Shown here: in pieces, positions 56,925 through 64,000 of the stretch
Layout of the letters: the number at the start of each line of letters is the position of its first letter
Position numbering within the stretch: position 1 is the stretch's first letter
NCBI GenBank assembly: GCA_963704825.1
Contig: CAVPHV010000021.1
Location: 38,771 to 102,770, forward strand
Origin: an uncultured Acidimicrobiia bacterium
GTDB lineage: Bacteria; Actinomycetota; Acidimicrobiia; Spongiisociales; UBA5794
Length of the DNA: 64,000 nucleotides
Reading direction: 5' to 3'
Made by a program: the position numbers and the translations under genes
Notes under the pieces: model-generated
Database searches by the model: none
Seen by the model: only the letters and a program-made list of their open reading frames with translations
What the model was told of the DNA's origin: nothing

Positions 56925-58253
56925 TCACCCGGAGAGCTTTTCGGCCGCAGAGATGCCGTCGGGCAACGCGATGACGATCAGGTGGTCGCCGACCTGAATC
57001 TCAGTGTCGCCGCGCGGGACGAAGGCTTCACCGTTGCGCTGCAAGCCTCCGATGATGACCGAACGATGAATCTTGAGATCGACGAGTGTCTTGCCGATGG
57101 CGGGGCTTTTCGGGCCGACCTCGAGTTCGATTGCCTCGGCCTCAGACCCCGGGATGGTGACGGCCGAATGGATCACGCCACGCCGAACAAAGCGAAGTAT
57201 CTCATTGGCAGCCGAAAGGCGAGAACTCACCGTTGCGTCGATACCTGAACCACCGAGCAAACCGACCAAGTCGGTATCGGTGAAACGGGCGATGACCTCT
57301 CCGGCCCCGAGCGCCCTAGCCACCAAGCAACCCAGCAGATTCTGGCCATCCCAACCGGTGAGCGCCAGCACGGCGTCGCCGCTCCCGATCCCGATCGACT
57401 GCAGGGTCTTTGGTTCGGTAGGGTCACCGCAAACCACCACCGTATCGGGCAACAGCTCGGCGAGCCTCCGGCAGCGAGCCCGGTCGCCGTCGATGAGGGT
57501 GGTCGGTATGCCTCGCTCGGAGAGCATGGATGCGGTCATTCCGGCGAGACGGGTGGCGCCGAGGATGATGACCTTCTCGGCGGGGCTGTCGATGAGGCCC
57601 AGCAGTTCGTAGGGCTCTTCGATCGCATCGGCTTTGGCCATCAACAGAACATGGTCACCCGATTCGAGCATCGTGTTGCCGCGAGCAATCGTCGTCTGAC
57701 CGCCTCGCACCACGGCGACCACGAGCCAATCCCAGTTGACGACGCTGGCCCGCAACTCCTCGAGCGTCGTGCCGACGAACGGCGAGGCCGAGTCAACGTA
57801 GGCTCCCACCAAGACGAGACCGCCGTCGGCGAACTCGATGAGTTCGGCAACATGCCCGTGGCTGACGAGGACCAGCAGGTCACGAGCGGCAGCCTCACCG
57901 GGGTCGATGACAAGGTCGACGCCGAGCGCCTCGACTTCGGCTTTGAGCTCAGGGTCTTCGACCCGGGCCACCTTGCGGGGAATCCCCAGCTTGGTGGCGG
58001 CATTGCAGGCGAGCACGTTGACCGCATCCGAGGAACTGACCGCCACGAGAAGATCAGCCTCGCTCAGCCCGGCTTGTTCGAGGGTGGCAGCGGAAGCGCC
58101 GTTGCCGGTGATCACCAGGCAGTCGAGTTCTGACTGCATCTGGGCGGCCCGTTCAGCTGAGGACTCGATGACTACGACGTCTTGACCCTCGAGCGAAAAA
58201 CGCTCAGCGAGGTACGAACCAACAGCCCCGGCTCCGACGATGACAATCTTCAT
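56925..58253 (-). CDS. trkA: Trk potassium uptake NAD-binding subunit
   Basis: MKIVIVGAGAVG, two RCK_N/RCK_C pairs, PRGDTEIQVGD. Confidence 0.95.
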   Translation of the reverse strand: MKIVIVGAGAVGSYLAERFSLEGQDVVVIESSAERAAQMQSELDCLVITGNGASAATLEQAGLSEADLLVAVSSSDAVNVLACNAATKLGIPRKVARVEDPELKAEVEALGVDLVIDPGEAAARDLLVLVSHGHVAELIEFADGGLVLVGAYVDSASPFVGTTLEELRASVVNWDWLVVAVVRGGQTTIARGNTMLESGDHVLLMAKADAIEEPYELLGLIDSPAEKVIILGATRLAGMTASMLSERGIPTTLIDGDRARCRRLAELLPDTVVVCGDPTEPKTLQSIGIGSGDAVLALTGWDGQNLLGCLVARALGAGEVIARFTDTDLVGLLGGSGIDATVSSRLSAANEILRFVRRGVIHSAVTIPGSEAEAIELEVGPKSPAIGKTLVDLKIHRSVIIGGLQRNGEAFVPRGDTEIQVGDHLIVIALPDGISAAEKLSG

Positions 58254-58425
58254 GCCGGATGCAGGTTAGGCGCTGGCACCACACCGCCCCAGGCGAGCTA
58301 CCTGAGGCTCCTATGACCATGGCCTAGGCGATCAGAGAACCGCGTGACCCGGAGCCCTCCTTCATGAGCGACCTTCCCGCCGCGAGCGATCCCGCCGGCA
58401 TGCTGCGATACGTTGCCAGCCGGCG

Positions 58426-58727
58426 TCACCGCCAGACCCGACGGATCGGGACGAAGCCGAAGTCGTCGATGATGGGCGGGCCGAGGCCGTCGATCACGAC
58501 GCGGTGCCCGGTCCAGACCTCACCCGGGCGCAGGTTCGCCGACACCCACGACCCATCGGAGCAAAGGTATTCGAGCCGGGTCTGGTACCGGGAAAGGACT
58601 CGCGGACCACACCGTCGGGGAACTCGAGAACCCAGGGATTCACCCCATCAGGGACCGACAGGACCGGCAACGGTTCGGTCAAGTCGAGGATGAATCCGCG
58701 ACAGGGGCGATGCAGCCCGGGACTCAA
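58426..58727 (-). pseudogene. Possible frameshifted remnant of a hypothetical CDS
   Basis: Coding-like codon use: ...PWVLEFPDGVVRE / [frameshift] RYQTRLEYLCSDGSWVSANLRPGEVWTGHRVVIDGLGPPIIDDFGFVPIRRVWR*. No family recognised. Confidence 0.3.
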
Positions 58728-58903
58728 GACCCTATGAGCCTTGCGAGGAGAGGATCCACGCCAATGACTAGCGCGTCCAGCAACCCAGGAAACCCTGCCG
58801 CCGTCGGCCAGGAACGCGCCCGAGTCTGACCCAAAACGCGTTATGGTGACCGAAGAGGCGTAGGGCCTCGCGACACGACCAGGGGTATGACAAGGTGGGA
58901 ATC

Positions 58904-61900
58904 ATGAATCGTCATTTGTTGTGGATGACGCTGCTCGTCACTGTTGCCGCCGCGGCACTGCCGGTGCCACATGCAGAAGCCGCAACCATTGCCGAAATCG
59001 TCAGCGACAACCCGGTGAACTGGACGCCGGATGTGCTCGATGGCCAGGTGGAGGCGATTGCCCAGGTCGGCAATCGGATCATCATCGGCGGCACCTTCAC
59101 CCAGGTCGAAGACAATGCCGGAGTCCACAACCGCTCCCGGATCGCCGCCTTCAACGCCTCGACTGGCACGGTCGACCCCGGTTTCAGCCCGACACTTGAT
59201 GGCGTCGTCACCGCCATCGTCCCTGCAGCAGACGGGACCTCGATCTACATCACCGGCGGGTTCAACACCGTCAACGGCACCATCGAACGCAAGGTGGCCA
59301 AACTCGATCTTGCCACCGGTGCCCGCGTCGCCGGATTCGACACCCCCTACATCCTCAACCAGGTCCGTGATGCCCGCCTCGTCGGTGACGAGTTGGTCAT
59401 CGCTGGAGCGTTTGCCGCCGTCGGCAGTGACCCACGGACCGCGCTTGCCAGCCTCGACGCTGCCACCGGCGACCTGACCTCTTTTGTGAACCTCGAGTTT
59501 GCCGGTGTCCACAGCGGCGGCTCCACCCTCGTCTCCAAGATCGACGTCACGCCCAATGGGCAGAAACTCCTTGCGATCGGCAACTTCACCAGTGTTGAAG
59601 CGCAAACCCGCGATCAGGTTGCCCTCATCGACCTCAGCGGACCGACGGCGACCCTCGCCAATTGGTACACGCCGTTTTTCGAGTCGCAGTGCGCCCCGGT
59701 GTTCAACACCTTCATGCGAGACCTCGACATCGACGCCACCGGGCAGTTCGCCGTCATCTCGACCACCGGTGCCTATCGCGGCGGGATCGAGGCGGGGGTG
59801 TCGTGCGACACGATCTCGCGGTGGGAACTCAACATGACGGGCACCAACCTCGAGTCCACCTGGACCACGTACACGGGTGGCGACACCACGTACGCGGTGG
59901 AGATAGGCCCCGGCGTTGTCTACGCCGGCGGCCACATGCGCTGGGTCAACAACCCCTACCAGGGCGACTACGCCGGACCGGGTTCCATTCCGCGCGAAGG
60001 GATCGTGGCGCTCGATACCGTCAACGGAATGCCGTTCTCGTGGGATCCGGGCCGCGCCCGGGGAGTCGGCGTCTTCGACATGCTGCTGACGGATGCCGGG
60101 CTTTGGGCCGGCAGCGACACGAACCGCTGGGGCGGCGAGATCCACATGAAGCTGGCCATGTTCCCCAGCGCTTCAGGCACCGAGGTCGAGGCCTACCAAA
60201 CGGGAAGTCTCCCCAACCACGTGAGCGCTCTTGGCAGGATTGCCTCCGCCGGGACACCCGACCCTGCGGTGCTCTACCGGGTGAATGCCGGTGGATCGGC
60301 TCTGCCCAGCGCCGACGACGGACCCGATTGGGAAAGCGACACGGCGACCACGTCGCCTTATCGCAACTCCGGCAGCAACCGGTCCGACTGGCCGGCGGTG
60401 CACTACGTCGAACCCAGCGTCCCCTCCGAGGACTTCGATCGGGTCCCACTGCAGGTCTTTGCCAGCGAGCGCTGGGATCCCAGCAGCGGTGCCGAACTGA
60501 CATGGAGCTTCCCGGTGACGGCGGGCACGCCGATTCAGGTGCGGCTCTATTTCGCCAACCGCTGCCGCTGCACCGACCAGCCGGGAGAACGGGTCTTCGA
60601 CGTCGACGTCGAGGGAACCGAGGCCATCAATGAACTCGACATCACGGCGGACCACGGCCACGAAACGGCCGTCGCATACACCTTCGACCTCGTCAGCGAC
60701 GGGGCGGTCGACATCGTGCTTCGTCACGTCGTCGAGAACCCCCTGATCAACGGCATCGAGATCGTACAAACCGGCGTTGCCGGAGGAACCATCACCAGCG
60801 ACGACAACGTCCTGCGCCGCTACCTCGACCCGGCCACCGGAGCAGACGCACCGGTTGCCACCGCGGGAACCGAGGCGTGGCGGTGGGCCCGGGGCGGGTT
60901 CATGGTCGACTCGACCGTGTACACCGGCTGGGCCGACGGGTCCATGATGATGCGGTCGCTCGATGGCGGAACCTGGGGCACCCCATCACGGATCGCGCTC
61001 TTCGGGAACAACGTCATCCCGACGACCTACGACATCACGGGAATGTTCTTCGACCCGATCGACGAGCGCGTGTACTACACACTCGCCGGAGACTCATCAC
61101 TGTATTGGCGCTGGTTCACACCAGAGAGCCACTCGTTGGGCGCCACCGCCTTCACCGCCACCGGTGCGGTCGGTGCGCTCGACCCGACCCGGGTGCGCGG
61201 CATGTTCCTCGCCGACGGGTGGATCTACTTCGCAAACGCAGCCAACGGAAACCTGTTGCGGATCGGCTTCGGCGGCGGGGTCGTGTCCGGGTCTGCGAGC
61301 GTGGTCGACACCGGATCGGATTGGCGCAGCAGGGCGCTGATCGTGTCCAGCAATCTGGCGCCGACTGCGGTTGCCAGCGGCGACTGCTCGTTCCGTGAGT
61401 GCGATTTCAACGGGACCGGATCGACCGACGCTGACGGCACCATCGTCTCGTACGACTGGGACTTCGGCGGCGGCTCCACGGACAGCGGTGCCACCGTGTC
61501 ACACCGTTACGACGACATCGGACCGCACACCGCCACCCTCACCGTCACCGACAACGAGGGACTGACGGCGACGGACCACGGTCGAGGTGAACGCCACCAA
61601 CGCTCCCCCGGTGGCGTCGTTCACAGCGGATTGCGACTTCCCCGACTGCGACTTCGACGCCACCGGGTCGACGGACGACGGCACCATCGTCAGCTACAGC
61701 TGGGACTTCGGCGACGGCACGAATGCGTTCCGGCGCCACGGTGTCACACACCTACGACCAACCCGGTGACTACGACGTGACGCTCACGGTGACCGACAAC
61801 GACGACGCCACCGGCGACACCACAACGACGGTCGAGAGTCCGGCGGCGGTCCATCTCCACGACCTCTTGCCGCGACCCTTCGACCGCGAAGGAGACCAGT

Positions 61901-62175
61901 GGGTCGCCAGGACGGTGGTGAAGGTGCGTGATGCCGACGGCTTCAAGGTCGAGGGCGTGGTGATCACTGCGAAGTTCGGCCTCGGGAAGATGAGGACGTG
62001 CACAACCAATGCGGACGGCAAGTGCAAGGTCAAGGCTCCGGTTCCGGACTCCAAGCCCAAGATCCCACTCGAGATCATCGGCGTCGACTGGGCAGGTGGG
62101 TACGACCCGAGCGCCAACGTCGACACCGACGGCGATGGCAACGGGGCGACGACCAAGGTCTTCCGCCCGTTTTAG
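58904..62175 (+). CDS. Secreted surface protein: beta-propeller + malectin-like + two PKD domains + C-terminal beta domain; two frameshifts (about 61575 and 61725)
   Basis: Signal peptide. LYRVNAGG...VRLYFA...GERVFDV...NPLINGIEI (malectin-like), STDADGTIVSYDWDFG and LTVTDN (PKD). The second PKD domain and the tail continue in ORFs 61587-61769 and 61723-62175. Confidence 0.8.
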
Positions 62176-62269
62176 GAGGGGTCGAGCGCCAGACTGGGCC
62201 GCAGGTCTGCTTGCCGGTGACGCCGTGCTGCGCTATTAATTGTGTCAGGGCTTGGAGGAAACAGGCGAT

Positions 62270-62623
62270 ATGCGGGCACTTCACCGCAACGGGGTATCGC
62301 GGAGCATCGAGGTATTGGATGGCAATACCAACCTGCTCGTGGTGCCGCACAGACGAGGGGTCGGCGACCAGACCGAGGTCGTACTCCATATTCTGAACTG
62401 GGACTTCAGCCGGGTCGCTGAGGAAGCCAGTTCGAACGGGCGCGTGCGCTTCTTCATCCCGGCGCGACTGCTGGCTGGGATCGACCGGCCGCGCTTCGAC
62501 CTGTTCGCCTCGGGTTCGGTCATCGAGGGCAACCCCACGGTGCGCCGGTCCGAGACCCGTCCCGGCTACGTCATCGAGATCCCCCAACTCCCTGCCAGCG
62601 CGGTTCTGCGGGTGACCCGGTAG
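62270..62623 (+). CDS. Hypothetical protein (resembles an orphan C-terminal beta-sandwich)
   Basis: GGAGG RBS then ATG at 62270. Beta-rich sequence with VVLHILNWD. Confidence 0.5.
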   Translation: MRALHRNGVSRSIEVLDGNTNLLVVPHRRGVGDQTEVVLHILNWDFSRVAEEASSNGRVRFFIPARLLAGIDRPRFDLFASGSVIEGNPTVRRSETRPGYVIEIPQLPASAVLRVTR

Positions 62624-62762
62624 AGGCGGTTCGCTTGCGCAGGTCGGCCACCGGCGATGCAGGTCCCGCAGGAATCAGACCAATCTTGGGGTCATTCGGC
62701 CTTAGAGCCTTCGCCCGAGTTCGAGTAGTCTCGTGGCAGGACATGGAAGCAAGGGGGAATGG

Positions 62763-63887
62763 ATGAATGCTGTAGCTACGCCCAGGTCGCTGGTTCTGAG
62801 TTCCGCTGCGATGCTTGTGATGACGGCGATGACGCTGCTCCCGGCTCGCACCGCCGACGCAGTGCCTCCGCTGTGTGACGGGAAGCCCGCCACCATCGTG
62901 GGAACCCCCGGCGACGACGTGCTCAAGGGAACCGACGGTGACGACGTGATCGTCGCACTGGGCGGGGATGATCGGCTGGTAGGCGGCGATGGAAACGACA
63001 CCCTGTGCGCGGATGACGGCGATGACACCCTTGTGGGCGGTGCCGGCAATGACGTGCTCATAGGCGGCCCCGGTTCGGATTGGGTTGCCTATGGTCTCGC
63101 CCCCCAACGCATCGTGCTCCGCCTCGACATCGGGACTGCAACAGGGTGGGGAACCGACGAGCTGGAGACCATCGAGAACATCGTCGGATCACAATGGTCT
63201 GACCATCTCGTCGGCGATGGTTCCCGGAACGTGATCAAGGGCAACGACGGTTTCGACACGATCGAGGGTCGACAGGGCAACGATCACGTGCTCGGTGGTC
63301 CCGGCGACGACCTGCTCTGGGGCGAAGAAGGCAACGACGTGGTCGACGGCCACGACGGAAACGACAGCTTGTACGGCGAATGGGGTGATGATCTCCTCCG
63401 GGGTGGCCCAGACGATGATTGGATCGAGCCGGGCTTCGGCGACGACACCGTCAAGGGAGGGAACGGCCGGGACTTCCTATCGCTGTTCCGCGCTCCCAAC
63501 GGCGTCATCGTCGACCTCAAGGCCGGCACCGCATCGGGGTTTGGGGACGACACCCTGGCGGGGATCACGTATGTCTTCGGCACGAGACATGACGACGTCA
63601 TCATGGGCAACGGCGCCGACAACGAGCTCCGGGGATGGTACGGGGACGACGTACTCATTGGCCGAGGCGGCAACGATTCCTTGCAGGGCGACATCGGTGA
63701 CGATGTCCTCAAGGGCGGCGACGGTGACGACGAGCTGCTCGGCAACGACGGCGACGACCGGCTCGCCGGCTGGACCGGCAACGATCATCTCAACGGCGGC
63801 GACGGCATCGACACGCTCGACGGCGGCGACAACAATGACGAATGCACCCGTGGCGAGGTGTACGAGTCGTGCGAGGTGATTCTGTAG
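62763..63887 (+). CDS. Secreted RTX Ca-binding repeat protein
   Basis: Signal peptide, CDGKPATIVGTPGDD, GGxGxD repeats, ends DECTRGEVYESCEVIL. Confidence 0.88.
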   Translation: MNAVATPRSLVLSSAAMLVMTAMTLLPARTADAVPPLCDGKPATIVGTPGDDVLKGTDGDDVIVALGGDDRLVGGDGNDTLCADDGDDTLVGGAGNDVLIGGPGSDWVAYGLAPQRIVLRLDIGTATGWGTDELETIENIVGSQWSDHLVGDGSRNVIKGNDGFDTIEGRQGNDHVLGGPGDDLLWGEEGNDVVDGHDGNDSLYGEWGDDLLRGGPDDDWIEPGFGDDTVKGGNGRDFLSLFRAPNGVIVDLKAGTASGFGDDTLAGITYVFGTRHDDVIMGNGADNELRGWYGDDVLIGRGGNDSLQGDIGDDVLKGGDGDDELLGNDGDDRLAGWTGNDHLNGGDGIDTLDGGDNNDECTRGEVYESCEVIL

Positions 63888-64000
63888 CGGGGCGCCGGCG
63901 CAGCTACGTGGGTCGCAGCTTCTCGGGTCTGGTGAGGACCGGCCTCCACACCTGGCCGGCCTCTTCACCCTGAGGACATGGCTTTCCGTTCTCGAAACAG

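Noticed and set aside
55472-58253. trkAH as part of the TetR regulon
   Set aside because: No copy of the operator seen upstream. These are ordinary housekeeping K+ uptake genes.
1-64000. tRNA, rRNA, riboswitch, integrase or IS transposase
   Set aside because: None recognised by eye. An Infernal/Rfam and ISfinder search would be needed to exclude them formally.

Overview
GC-rich bacterial DNA whose gene content suggests Actinomycetota, possibly Acidimicrobiia (inference). It has three parts. (1) 1-32.6 kb is a cell-surface island. It holds four very large secreted NHL beta-propeller proteins with Trp-rich Ig-like repeats, and two secreted putative glycoside hydrolases that share a near-identical 1.6-kb inverted repeat. 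In its centre is a lasso-peptide-like RiPP cluster: B2 peptidase, HPr-kinase-like kinase, Asn-synthetase-like cyclase, an un-called 56-aa precursor, PqqD/RRE and a nucleotidyltransferase. The precursor has a canonical lasso leader, but its core has no Asp/Glu at ring positions 7-9, so the product is probably non-canonical. (2) 32.6-39.3 kb carries an ApbE/ferric-reductase-like flavinylation module and several secreted RTX-type Ca-binding proteins. (3) 39.4-58.3 kb carries two aldehyde:ferredoxin oxidoreductases, pterin-cofactor genes (including a MoaD-MoeA fusion), an ArcE/COG2403-like enzyme, an amidinotransferase remnant, TetR, a class III aminotransferase, alanine dehydrogenase, a ureohydrolase and trkAH. 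Three copies of the palindrome CTATCGATCGATAG link these genes into a probable guanidino/polyamine catabolic regulon. A DUF559-like gene flanked by REP-like palindromes interrupts this region. The window ends with a malectin/PKD surface protein and another RTX protein. Several frameshifts may be assembly errors. All product calls come from motif recognition by eye, not from database searches.
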